Shown here: positions 27,360 through 36,320 of the stretch, in pieces
Position numbering within the stretch: the first letter of the stretch is position 1
How the letters are laid out: every line of letters begins with the position of its first letter
Assembly (NCBI GenBank): GCA_964572035.1
Contig: CAZNDX010000002.1
Location: 63,007-127,006, forward strand
Direction of reading: 5' to 3'
DNA: 64,000 nt
Source: an uncultured Methanosarcinales archaeon
GTDB lineage: Archaea > Nanobdellota > Nanobdellia > Woesearchaeales > ARS49
Translations under genes and position numbers: made by a program
Notes under the pieces: generated by a model
Database searches by the model: none
What the model saw: only the letters and a program-made list of their open reading frames with translations
What the model was told of the DNA's origin: nothing

Positions 27360-29279
27360 ATGGAATACAAAGGGCTAAAACTGGACCGTTTCCAGCGGGA
27401 AGCCATTGAGGCGATAGAAGCAAACAAGTCGGTGGTAGTTTCAGCTCCAACAGGATCTGGCAAGACGCTCATCGCGGACTACATAATAGACCGGGACTTC
27501 AACACAGGCAAACGAGTAGTTTACACCGCGCCAATCAAAGCGCTTTCCAATCAGAAGTACAAGGACTTCGCGCGACAATACGGAGAAGACAACGTAGGAA
27601 TGCTCACAGGAGACGTTGTCAAAAATTCAAATGCGCCAATTCTAATCATGACAACCGAAATTTACAGAAACATGTGCATGGTCAACGATCCAATCGTTGA
27701 AAAAATAAGCTACGTAATCTTTGACGAAATCCACTTCATCAACGACCCAGAACGAGGAGTAGTATGGGAGGAATCAATAATATTTTCAAAACCGCACGTA
27801 AGAATGCTCTGCCTTTCAGCCACAATTCCAAACGCGCAAGAATTCGCCGATTGGATAGCGGCAATAAAAGGACACCCAGTAATAGTTGTCCGACATGATG
27901 TGCGACCCGTCCCACTTTCAATCAATTTTTACGACATTGACTTGGGAATCTGCCAGTTCAAAGATTTACATTACGCGTTAAACGCTGCTGACTACAAATA
28001 CGTAAAAGGAAGAGGCAAGAGAAGACAGGAAAGACTTCCGCCACCAAATCACACCGACCTGATAAAAGATATCGAGGATAAACTGCCCTGTATGTTCTTC
28101 TCATTTAGCAGAGCCGCAGTACAGCAAAAGGCGGAACAACTCTCAAAAATAAAACTATTCAAACCAGACGCTGAAATAACGACATTCGTCAGCAAAAGAC
28201 TCGCCAACGCGCCGCCAGAAGTCTCACACCTGCCGAGCACAAAAACGCTGCGACACGTTCTTTCTCACCAAATAGGATTCCACCACGCAGGACTACTCCC
28301 AATTCATAAAGAAATAGTTGAAGACCTGTTCGGAATGGGCAAACTAAAAGTTCTATACACAACAGAGACCTTCGCGGTGGGTTTGAATATGCCGGCCAAA
28401 TCAGTATGCTTTGAAGCTCTCCGCAAATTTGACGGAAGAGGATTCAGAATGGTCGACAGCAAAGAATTCTACCAAATTGCGGGAAGAGCGGGAAGACGAG
28501 GAATAGACACAGAAGGATTCGTATTCTGCACGGTAAATAGACAAGAATTCGATTTTCCACGAACAAAAAAATTAATCGGACCTGACACAACACCAATACA
28601 ATCGCAGTTCAAACTCGGCGTTAATACAGTGCTCAACCTTGTAAAGCACCACACCGAAGCGGAAATAGAAATCATACTGCGGCAAAGCTTTTACTCATAT
28701 CAAAAATACGGCAAAAATTTCGCCACCGTAAAAGTTCACAGAATGCACAGCACTTTCGAAAATTATTTGCACAAACTCGAAAAACTTGGTTACCTGACAA
28801 AGGATAAACAATTAACAGAAACGGGCGAGTTTTTAACTCAAATTTACGCAGATGAGTTATACATTGGAGAAATATTCGCCAGAAACCTGCATAAAAATCT
28901 CAATCCTTATCAGTTGTTGCTGTTGCTTGGCGCAATATGCTGGGAAGGCAAAAAAACAACATTCGGCAAACCAAGAATGGATGAAGAATCATTCGCCGTT
29001 GTGAAACTGGCAAAGGAAAATCCCGTTCTCAAAGGAACCAAGCGATTTGACTGGCTAAAAGATTTGACTGCATTGTTCTATCCGCTCTACCACGGCGCGA
29101 CATTCTTTGAATTATTGGACACCTCAGATATGTTGGAAGGCGACGTAATAAGGTACTTGAGGCAGATAGTTGACAGACTAAACCAGATTCACACAGCCAC
29201 AAACGACCTTGAGCTAAAGGACAAAATGATGTACTTGAAAAGTAAGCTTCTGACGTGCCTGGAAACAGTCGATGTGTGA
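27360..29279 (+). CDS. Ski2/Mtr4-like DExH-box RNA helicase (SF2)
   Basis: Motif I SAPTGSGKT, motif II with an Mtr4/Ski2-like extension VIFDEIHFINDPERGVVWEESII, motif III SAT, motif VI QIAGRAGRRG. 639 aa. Confidence 0.8.
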   Translation: MEYKGLKLDRFQREAIEAIEANKSVVVSAPTGSGKTLIADYIIDRDFNTGKRVVYTAPIKALSNQKYKDFARQYGEDNVGMLTGDVVKNSNAPILIMTTEIYRNMCMVNDPIVEKISYVIFDEIHFINDPERGVVWEESIIFSKPHVRMLCLSATIPNAQEFADWIAAIKGHPVIVVRHDVRPVPLSINFYDIDLGICQFKDLHYALNAADYKYVKGRGKRRQERLPPPNHTDLIKDIEDKLPCMFFSFSRAAVQQKAEQLSKIKLFKPDAEITTFVSKRLANAPPEVSHLPSTKTLRHVLSHQIGFHHAGLLPIHKEIVEDLFGMGKLKVLYTTETFAVGLNMPAKSVCFEALRKFDGRGFRMVDSKEFYQIAGRAGRRGIDTEGFVFCTVNRQEFDFPRTKKLIGPDTTPIQSQFKLGVNTVLNLVKHHTEAEIEIILRQSFYSYQKYGKNFATVKVHRMHSTFENYLHKLEKLGYLTKDKQLTETGEFLTQIYADELYIGEIFARNLHKNLNPYQLLLLLGAICWEGKKTTFGKPRMDEESFAVVKLAKENPVLKGTKRFDWLKDLTALFYPLYHGATFFELLDTSDMLEGDVIRYLRQIVDRLNQIHTATNDLELKDKMMYLKSKLLTCLETVDV

Positions 29280-29301
29280 TTTATATGCGTTTATTTATAT
29301 A

Positions 29302-29312
29302 GGGTTTATAAA
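29302..29312 (+). promoter_or_regulatory. TATA element (GGGTTTATAAA) upstream of the cNMP-binding gene
   Basis: A near-copy of the recurring motif. A second TATA-like GGGTATAAAT sits at 29363. Confidence 0.35.
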
Positions 29313-29380
29313 TGAAAAACCGAAAGGTTTAAATATCGTTACTTCTCAGTAGTAAAAATAAGGGTATAAATGGGTGGCAA

Positions 29381-29854
29381 ATGCAAGCACTATACGAATA
29401 TCTGTTTGAAAAACCGGACATAAGGAGTCTCAAAGATAAACTTCACACTACCCTATTGTTCAAAGACTTGACAAAAACAGAGCTTGACAAAGTAACACGC
29501 TACTGCATAGTTCGCCAGTTCAAAGAAGGCCAACACATATTCTTTGAAGGGGACCCGGGAAGCGCGCTTTTCGTAATCCTGAAAGGAAACGTAGATATTT
29601 ACAGAATACACAAAAATAAAAAAGACAGCCTCGCGACACTTAACGCGGGAACATTCTTTGGAGAGCTCGCGCTTGTTTATGACACGCCAAGAACCGCAAG
29701 CGCGCTCGCAACTGAAAACGCGACACTTGTCTGCCTTTTTAGACACGACATAGAAAAACTGGTAAAACACCATCCGCAACTTGGAAACAAACTGCTTTCT
29801 GTAATGAACAGAATTCTCGCTCAAAGATTATCAACAATGATTGGGCACAAATGA
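29381..29854 (+). CDS. Cyclic-nucleotide-binding (cNMP/CAP effector) domain protein
   Basis: cNMP-binding signature FFEGDPGSALFVILKGNVDI...FFGELAL...PRTASALA. 157 aa with no DNA-binding domain. Confidence 0.7.
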   Translation: MQALYEYLFEKPDIRSLKDKLHTTLLFKDLTKTELDKVTRYCIVRQFKEGQHIFFEGDPGSALFVILKGNVDIYRIHKNKKDSLATLNAGTFFGELALVYDTPRTASALATENATLVCLFRHDIEKLVKHHPQLGNKLLSVMNRILAQRLSTMIGHK

Positions 29855-30879
29855 AACGAGAAACAATGCTATTTGGACTAGGAATATTATTCTTCGTTAT
29901 TGTAGCAGTGCTCTTGTACAAATTCTGGCTAATCACGCTTAACTTGGCGCTGGGATTTTTGCTTTATTTGATATTCGACCAAGCGCTCAATTTTTTAGAA
30001 AGAAAAGGAATCAAAGGCGCGCTTGGATACACCTTGCTGTTTTTGATTGTCGGAATAATTATTCTCTCATTCGTACTATTTGTAAGCATACCATTGTTCA
30101 ACCAGCTTCAAGGATTTGTTTCAGACTTTCCTACTCACGCAGCGAAAATACAAGAACAAGCTCAAACACTTGTTGAAAGCTTCCCATACGCCCAAGGATA
30201 CTTTGAAAAAGGCAGGGACCAAATACTGAGTGCTGGAAAAAACATACTATCATTGTCAGCGACAATATTAAGCACAGCACTAACCGCAATACTCCTTGCA
30301 GTAATACTTTTGGCATCACGTTCAACACTCCGCGAAACAATACTGACGCATATACCAAACGAATATTTTGAAGTCACGGTCAGCGTAGCGCACAGAATCA
30401 TAGAACATCTCCAGCAATTCGTCGTCGCAAGAACAGTGCAGACATTCGCGGTAACAGTGCTTTACACAGTAGGATTCTTCTTGATAGGTCTTCCATTTCC
30501 ACTCTTACTAGGAATAATCTCAGGATTATTGAACATAATTCCTTATCTTGGACCATTAATCACGCTTGTTCCGGTAGGACTCGCGGCGTTTTTGGGAGGC
30601 GGAACATCACTCGCGCTATGGGCAATGGGAGTAGTTATTGTTGTTCAACTAATTGACAATACTGTCCTACAGACCTGGCTCGTCTCGCAATTTGTAGACG
30701 TCCACCCGGTAATGGCATTTGTGGTAACACTCGTGTTTGGAGAATTATTGGGACCAATGGGAATGGTCATTGGAATACCAGTATACGTAATTTCTAAAAT
30801 ACTAATCGGCGGACTATGGGACTACGCCAAGGCGTTACAGCGCCACGAGCAAATCCTAGGCTACCAAAAAACCCAATAA
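29851..30879 (+). CDS. AI-2E family transporter (PerM/UPF0118)
   Basis: 342 aa, 8 TM, AI-2E-like topology and motifs (IIPYLGPLIT, PMGMVIGIPV). Translationally coupled to the upstream gene (ATGA overlap). Confidence 0.65.
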   Translation: MKRETMLFGLGILFFVIVAVLLYKFWLITLNLALGFLLYLIFDQALNFLERKGIKGALGYTLLFLIVGIIILSFVLFVSIPLFNQLQGFVSDFPTHAAKIQEQAQTLVESFPYAQGYFEKGRDQILSAGKNILSLSATILSTALTAILLAVILLASRSTLRETILTHIPNEYFEVTVSVAHRIIEHLQQFVVARTVQTFAVTVLYTVGFFLIGLPFPLLLGIISGLLNIIPYLGPLITLVPVGLAAFLGGGTSLALWAMGVVIVVQLIDNTVLQTWLVSQFVDVHPVMAFVVTLVFGELLGPMGMVIGIPVYVISKILIGGLWDYAKALQRHEQILGYQKTQ

Positions 30880-31089
30880 GAAAACAACGCCAGCAATAAT
30901 CAACATAAATTCGGCGCCAATATATTTCGCTCCAAGAAGAATAAAACCCGCGGAAAGAACAGTCAAGGCAGCGACTAAGAAAAAAGCCTTAAGCGCGATT
31001 CTAAGAAGGCGGCGCTGAACAACCCTCGCGCCCCTATCTACAGCACTCTCGAACTTCTCCGAAACCGCGCCCAATAAAGAATCAAACAT
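30856..31089 (-). CDS. Small two-TM membrane protein
   Basis: 77 aa, hydrophobic. Confidence 0.35.
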   Translation of the reverse strand: MFDSLLGAVSEKFESAVDRGARVVQRRLLRIALKAFFLVAALTVLSAGFILLGAKYIGAEFMLIIAGVVFLLGFLVA

Positions 31090-31283
31090 TATTTTCTCTC
31101 CAACAACTTCATCAAAACAGCGCCAGCCAAAACACCCGCGCCAAAAGATACAAGAGTCGACTTAAAAGGATGCTCAGAAATGTACTCTCCAGTTTGCTCC
31201 TGAACGTCTCTCAGTTTTTGATTTAACGCCTGAATCTGCTGTTTAATCATTCCAATATCTTCTTTTTTCGCCATAAAATTCAC
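31089..31283 (-). CDS. DUF883/ElaB/YqjD-like small membrane-anchored protein
   Basis: 64 aa with an N-terminal coiled helix and a C-terminal anchor FGAGVLAGAVLMKLL, typical of the family. Confidence 0.45.
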   Translation of the reverse strand: MNFMAKKEDIGMIKQQIQALNQKLRDVQEQTGEYISEHPFKSTLVSFGAGVLAGAVLMKLLERK

Positions 31284-31370
31284 CCCATTTTATCGTCAGA
31301 AAACCGCTATATAAAGATTTATTTTATGCAAACTATTGCTTAAAGAATTTCCCGCCTCAAAACTAGGTTT

Positions 31371-31535
31371 TTACACGAGCATCCAGTCAGGACAGATGCG
31401 TTCAGGCGCGATGTGCTCAACTTTTACAACAAGATCACTACCATTATGGGTAGTCACGCGCATAGCACCATTTTTCGTGGACAATTGAACCAGCGTTTCA
31501 AGTTCGTAATCCCACAACCCCGCAATCTCGCTCAT
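31371..31535 (-). CDS. Small hypothetical protein (54 aa); not in the ORF track
   Basis: Manual translation gives MSEIAGLWDYELETLVQLSTKNGAMRVTTHNGSDLVVKVEHIAPERICPDWMLV. Confidence 0.3.
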   Translation of the reverse strand: MSEIAGLWDYELETLVQLSTKNGAMRVTTHNGSDLVVKVEHIAPERICPDWMLV

Positions 31536-31591
31536 AATAAAACTATATAGTAAAACCTACATTTATAATTAGTCATAAGAAATTATATAAT

Positions 31592-32257
31592 TTAATAATA
31601 ATCCCAGACGTTAACATCGCCGCCTGATTTAACCTTATATTTTCCCTTCAAGGAGTTGACGATGACGTTTGCCACGTTTTCCGGAGGCATACCACTAAAT
31701 TCAGTCATTCTCGTGGCAGTGACTGTGGGATTAATGACAATGACTTTTTGCTTAATTTCATCAGCAAGCGATTGAGAGAAACCGCGAATACCAAATTTTG
31801 AAGCGCAATAAGGCGCAAGAGTCGCATGACCGCGCTGACCGGCCGAACTGGAAATATTGACGATGGTCTCAGTCACATAAGGAAGACATTCTTTAGTCAT
31901 TCTCATTGTGCCAAACAAATTAACACCAATCTGCCACTCAATCTCCTTCCAGGACTGCTCAGCAAAAGGCTTCCAAATAATAACGCCCGCATTGTTTATC
32001 AGAATGTCGATTTTTTTGAATTTCTTAACGACGCTTTTGACACATTCTATAACGCTTTTCCCGTCGCTGATATCAAGATGAAAAAGCTCCGCATCAGTCA
32101 ATTCCTTGCACTCAGATAAAATCATTTCACCTTGCTTTTTGTCTTTGCAATAGGTCAGAGCGAGAACACAGCCTTCCTTCGCGAGCATTTTCGCAGTTGA
32201 AGCGCCAATACCAAGACTCGCGCCAGTCAAAAGCACCACTTTTCCCTTAAGGTTCAT
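31592..32257 (-). CDS. Short-chain dehydrogenase/reductase (SDR)
   Basis: Cofactor motif TGASLGIG, NNAG, and catalytic Y-x3-K (YCASK). Confidence 0.8.
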   Translation of the reverse strand: MNLKGKVVLLTGASLGIGASTAKMLAKEGCVLALTYCKDKKQGEMILSECKELTDAELFHLDISDGKSVIECVKSVVKKFKKIDILINNAGVIIWKPFAEQSWKEIEWQIGVNLFGTMRMTKECLPYVTETIVNISSSAGQRGHATLAPYCASKFGIRGFSQSLADEIKQKVIVINPTVTATRMTEFSGMPPENVANVIVNSLKGKYKVKSGGDVNVWDYY

Positions 32258-32289
32258 AATCGTTAAAAATGAAACTGGCTTTAAAAAAG

Positions 32290-33327
32290 TTAGCCAAAAG
32301 TAAACGTGTACAACTGGAAACCGGAACCAGCTATCTCAAACTCAAGAAGGCGCTTTCCATAAGAATCTCCGTCAACCAACGTGTAAAGGTCATCGGAGAT
32401 TACTTCGATTTTACTGACTTTTTCACCGTCAACAAAAACCGTCAAATTAGATCCGTTCGGAGACGAGGCGACAATATTCACAATCTTAGCGTTGTAAGGA
32501 AGAACAACCTTTCCTTTATCAGAAACCAAACGGGAATAATCAGCGTCAACAAACCATTCACCACTTAAATAAGCCTTATTCGGCTCAAACTCTGAAGGCA
32601 AAGTGTAATTGATTGACTTTCCAAACTTAAGTCCTTCAGGATTTCCAAAATTACCTCTCGCGAAGTTCGCGCCAAAATAAATCTCAGGCGTTCCAATTTT
32701 TCTAAACTCGGGAATAGGGGCTTCAACTTTTGACATTTCAACAGGCATTCCGTCCTTCAAATCAAGACGAACCATTCTTTCCTTTAACAAATCCTGAATC
32801 TTTTTTTCCGCCTCATCATACGCGCCCTCGCCAAAATGAGACCAAACAACATAGCCGTCAATGTCGACAAGATACTTCGCAGGCCAGTAACGATTCCTGA
32901 AAGCATTCCAAGTCGCGTGCTCGTTATCAAGGACAACAGGATACTCAATATTCCACTTTTCAACAGCGCGCTTCACATTTTCATACTTTTTTTCAAATTC
33001 AAACTCGGGAGAATGGACTCCGACAATTTCAAGACCGTGGTCTTTATATTTTTCATGCCACGCAGTCAAATAAGGAAGAGTTCTCTGACAATTAATGCAG
33101 CTATACGTCCAAAAATCAACAAGAATGACTTTCTTTCCAACTAAATCTGAGAACTTCAAATTATCAGCATTGATTTCGCCCTCAATGCCCTGAAGCTCAG
33201 GAACGGGAGTTCCGTCTTTTTTTACAACTGGCTCAACAATCACTGACTCAGTTCTTTTTTCCTCAAACAAAAAAATCGCGGCAATAACGGCCGCGACAAG
33301 AAAGGAAAAAACAACCCACTTTTTCAT
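32290..33327 (-). CDS. Secreted TlpA/ResA-like thiol-disulfide oxidoreductase with C-terminal beta-rich domain
   Basis: N-terminal anchor, then a redoxin domain (VILVDFWTYSCINCQRTLPYL...VVLD) followed by a ~170-aa extra domain. Confidence 0.65.
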   Translation of the reverse strand: MKKWVVFSFLVAAVIAAIFLFEEKRTESVIVEPVVKKDGTPVPELQGIEGEINADNLKFSDLVGKKVILVDFWTYSCINCQRTLPYLTAWHEKYKDHGLEIVGVHSPEFEFEKKYENVKRAVEKWNIEYPVVLDNEHATWNAFRNRYWPAKYLVDIDGYVVWSHFGEGAYDEAEKKIQDLLKERMVRLDLKDGMPVEMSKVEAPIPEFRKIGTPEIYFGANFARGNFGNPEGLKFGKSINYTLPSEFEPNKAYLSGEWFVDADYSRLVSDKGKVVLPYNAKIVNIVASSPNGSNLTVFVDGEKVSKIEVISDDLYTLVDGDSYGKRLLEFEIAGSGFQLYTFTFG

Positions 33328-34025
33328 TTGAGCAAAAACTCCGTTAGGAATTCAAAATTTCCAGCGACAAGCGCGAGTTTTCCAGTAAAAACCAAAACAC
33401 CAAGAGCAAGAATCAGAATACCGACCACTATGTTGTAATACTTGAAAAAAGTCTGATGGCGCTGAATCCATTTGATGAACGGTTGGGCGAATAGACCTGC
33501 AATTAGGAAAGGAATACCAAGACCTGCTGAATAACCTGCAAGAAGAATGAAGCTCTGACCGGGCTGCGACGCGGCGAGGGCAAGAATAGTGCCGAGAACA
33601 GCTCCAACACAAGGAGACCAGCCAACAGCGAAGGCAGCGCCGAATACAAAACTTGTCAGCTCCCTGCTTTTGAATTTGTGCACCTTAAACTTGTGTTCTT
33701 GCAAAAGGAAAGCAGGCTTAATAAAACCAAGAAGGTAAAATCCGAATAGGATAATTATGATTCCCGCTACTCTGCCAAGCCAAATCTGCAAATCATACGC
33801 GACATTTGACAAAAGACTGTTCAGAAGAACTCCAAGAGTTGCGAACACAGTGCTAAAACCAAGAACGAACAAGAAACTCTGCTTAAACAATTCCCATCTT
33901 GAAGACTCTTCAACCTTGTGTCCTGAAAGATACGCAAGAAAAGCAGGAACTAGAGGAATAATACACGGAGCGAAAAAAGAGGCAAGCCCCGCAAAAAAAG
34001 CAATAAAAAAAGAAATTTCGCTCAT
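33324..34025 (-). CDS. ccdA: Cytochrome-c-type biogenesis protein CcdA (DsbD-family transmembrane thiol-disulfide transporter)
   Basis: Six TM helices with conserved Cys in TM1 (FFAPCIIPLVP) and TM4 (WSPCVGAVL). Translationally coupled to the upstream redoxin gene. Confidence 0.8.
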   Translation of the reverse strand: MSEISFFIAFFAGLASFFAPCIIPLVPAFLAYLSGHKVEESSRWELFKQSFLFVLGFSTVFATLGVLLNSLLSNVAYDLQIWLGRVAGIIIILFGFYLLGFIKPAFLLQEHKFKVHKFKSRELTSFVFGAAFAVGWSPCVGAVLGTILALAASQPGQSFILLAGYSAGLGIPFLIAGLFAQPFIKWIQRHQTFFKYYNIVVGILILALGVLVFTGKLALVAGNFEFLTEFLLK

Positions 34026-34029
34026 ATCA

Positions 34030-34605
34030 TCACACCTTCACGATTTCAGCAATAAACTGGTCTTTATTCAGGTGAGCAGGGGACTTGAAAACCATTTGCC
34101 CATTTTTCAGAATAACAGTTGTTCCCTGAGACGCGACTCCATACTTTCTAGCCAAATTCTCGTGCTCATTAGTTGTCTGATCATCCTTGTAATGAACACG
34201 GAAACCAACAACATCATCACGCTTAAGCTCATTATACGCGGCGGTTAGCTCAGGCTCCTGCGCCTTACACTTTGGACACCAATTCGCGAAAAACTGCAAA
34301 ACAACAATTTTTCCTTCTTCAATTGATTTGTCCATCAGTGCGACATCAAGCTCGTAATACTTTGTGATAGTCCCCGCGATGACTTTTGGCTCCATCATAG
34401 AAATCACCTCATCCATAGCGGGTTCCTGAACAACAAGAACTTCAGAGTCCATCATTGACTCGTCTTTTTGAATTTCGCCCATTGCTTCATCAATTTGCCC
34501 TGTTTCTTTTTCCATCATAACAGATTCTTTTTGCATAACCTGTTCCTGAGCTACAGGCGCGCAAGCGACAAGAAACGCCAACATAATTATCAAATATTGT
34601 TTCAT
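34030..34605 (-). CDS. Secreted thioredoxin lipoprotein (WCPKC)
   Basis: Lipobox FLVAC and a Trx active site FFANWCPKCK. Confidence 0.75.
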   Translation of the reverse strand: MKQYLIIMLAFLVACAPVAQEQVMQKESVMMEKETGQIDEAMGEIQKDESMMDSEVLVVQEPAMDEVISMMEPKVIAGTITKYYELDVALMDKSIEEGKIVVLQFFANWCPKCKAQEPELTAAYNELKRDDVVGFRVHYKDDQTTNEHENLARKYGVASQGTTVILKNGQMVFKSPAHLNKDQFIAEIVKV

Positions 34606-34607
34606 TT

Positions 34608-34898
34608 TTACCTCCAGGAAATAAAATTCAACGCGGCGAAAGCGACAGACTGGAGCAGTGTTAATACAAACACGTGCATGCTCACCATATCAACGTAAAA
34701 GTCCATCATTGTAATGTAAAAATAAAGCGAGCAAACATACTGCGCGAGAAAAGCAACCGTAAAAACAAGAAGCCCAAGCGAAAAAGAAGACTTCATCCTC
34801 GCCCAATTTCTCCCATAAACGTAGCATAAAGCCAAAAGCAAAACTACGTTAACAGCCGTCAAAACAAACGTCGCCTGCATTGTCCATTCCATATTCAT
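34608..34898 (-). CDS. Small three-TM membrane protein
   Basis: 96 aa, hydrophobic, in an operon with the thioredoxin gene. Confidence 0.4.
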   Translation of the reverse strand: MNMEWTMQATFVLTAVNVVLLLALCYVYGRNWARMKSSFSLGLLVFTVAFLAQYVCSLYFYITMMDFYVDMVSMHVFVLTLLQSVAFAALNFISWR

Positions 34899-34919
34899 TC
34901 CTCCAGTAAACCTGTTTAA

Positions 34920-35204
34920 CTACTTTTTTCCAACTTTCTCCCAAATCTCGCCAAAATCATCCCACATTCGCTTCATATCATCAGACAAAAAGTAAACAGC
35001 CCCATATTTCCCCTTATTTATTGCCGTTAAAATATTATTATCTGAAAGAATGAGTATATGGTGTTGAATCGTTTTATAATCAAGTTTGAGTTCTTTTGAA
35101 AGCTGGTTAAGATTCATCGGCTTGCTCTTTAATGATTTTACGATAATTGCACGGGTTTCACCACCCCGAGTTCCAGCGAACAAATACCAAACCAAATTTT
35201 TCAT
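34920..35204 (-). CDS. Winged-helix transcriptional regulator (ArsR/PadR-like)
   Basis: 94 aa with an HTH-like core LNQLSKELKLDYKTIQHHILILSDNNIL. Confidence 0.5.
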   Translation of the reverse strand: MKNLVWYLFAGTRGGETRAIIVKSLKSKPMNLNQLSKELKLDYKTIQHHILILSDNNILTAINKGKYGAVYFLSDDMKRMWDDFGEIWEKVGKK

Positions 35205-35240
35205 AGAAAACCAAAAAAGAAAAGAGAATAAAAAAGTATC

Positions 35241-35807
35241 TCAAATCTTGCCGACCAACTCAAGGCCTGGCTTTAGAGTTTTTCCGCCAGGGCGCCAAGA
35301 AGCGGGACAGACAAGACCCTTGTTCTTCTCAACAAACTGGGCAGCTTGAAGACGCCGCATAATCTCATCAGCGCTTCTTCCAATACTGTTGTCGTGAATA
35401 TCATACGACTTGATAATTCCCTTGGGGTCGATGATTATAGTCGCCCTTAATGAAAGACCTTCTTCTTCAATAAGAGTTCCGTACGAGTTGCAAATCTGAC
35501 GAGTAGGGTCAGCAACCATAGGATACTTAATTTTCTTAATCGTGTCAGAATTGTCGTGCCACGCCTTGTGAACAAAAACAGTATCGGTGCTGACTGACAA
35601 AACTTCAGCGTTCATTTTCTTGAACTCCTCATAATTGTCAGCCAATTCCCCAAGCTCAGTAGGGCAGACAAAAGTGAAGTCCGCTGGGTAAAACGCGAGA
35701 ACGACCCACTTGCCCTCAAGCTTCTTGAGGCTAACCTTGTCAATCTTATTGTTAACTAACGCTTCAGCCGTAAAATCCGGCGCTTTCTTACCAACATACA
35801 TAGACAT
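35241..35807 (-). CDS. Peroxiredoxin (typical 2-Cys Prx, AhpC/TSA family)
   Basis: Peroxidatic Cys motif FTFVCPTE, with a resolving Cys near the C-terminus (LVCPASW). Confidence 0.85.
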   Translation of the reverse strand: MSMYVGKKAPDFTAEALVNNKIDKVSLKKLEGKWVVLAFYPADFTFVCPTELGELADNYEEFKKMNAEVLSVSTDTVFVHKAWHDNSDTIKKIKYPMVADPTRQICNSYGTLIEEEGLSLRATIIIDPKGIIKSYDIHDNSIGRSADEIMRRLQAAQFVEKNKGLVCPASWRPGGKTLKPGLELVGKI

Positions 35808-35946
35808 TTTAAAACACCCTCCGTTTTGGTAGGCTTTTTGCCATTTTTTTGATTTATAAAGCTTATGAAACTGACCTTGGTATGGACATCAAATTTATAT
35901 ACCAAAAACGCTCAGAATGGGATACACACAAAGGGGGTGTATACAA

Positions 35947-36264
35947 ATGGAATCATTCGGAAAAATAGCGTTCTACGCAGGTCTAGTAATTTCAGTCCTC
36001 GTAGGCGTAATGGACTTAGGAACATGGGTGCCAATCGCACTAGTCGTATTGGGTCTGATTGTTGGATTCCTCAACATCAGCGATAAAGAAGCGCAGCACT
36101 TTTTGCTTGCAACAGTGGCTTTGGTAATATCAGGCCTAGCCTTGGGCGGCAAATTCGGAATCGCAGCGCTTGACAAAGCAATCGCGGCATACGTATTGTT
36201 CACCGCGGCAGCAGCGTTCATCGTAGCGTTGATGCAAGTCTGGCACATGCAAAAAGGCCGATAA
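35947..36264 (+). CDS. Small three-TM membrane protein
   Basis: A hydrophobic ORF. The start is placed at the Met preceded by AAGGGGG (the ORF is open from 35917). Confidence 0.4.
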   Translation: MESFGKIAFYAGLVISVLVGVMDLGTWVPIALVVLGLIVGFLNISDKEAQHFLLATVALVISGLALGGKFGIAALDKAIAAYVLFTAAAAFIVALMQVWHMQKGR

Positions 36265-36320
36265 GGCTTTTATTTTTTTATTTTTATTTTAATAACCTGG
36301 AGAAACATTTTCTTTGATTG

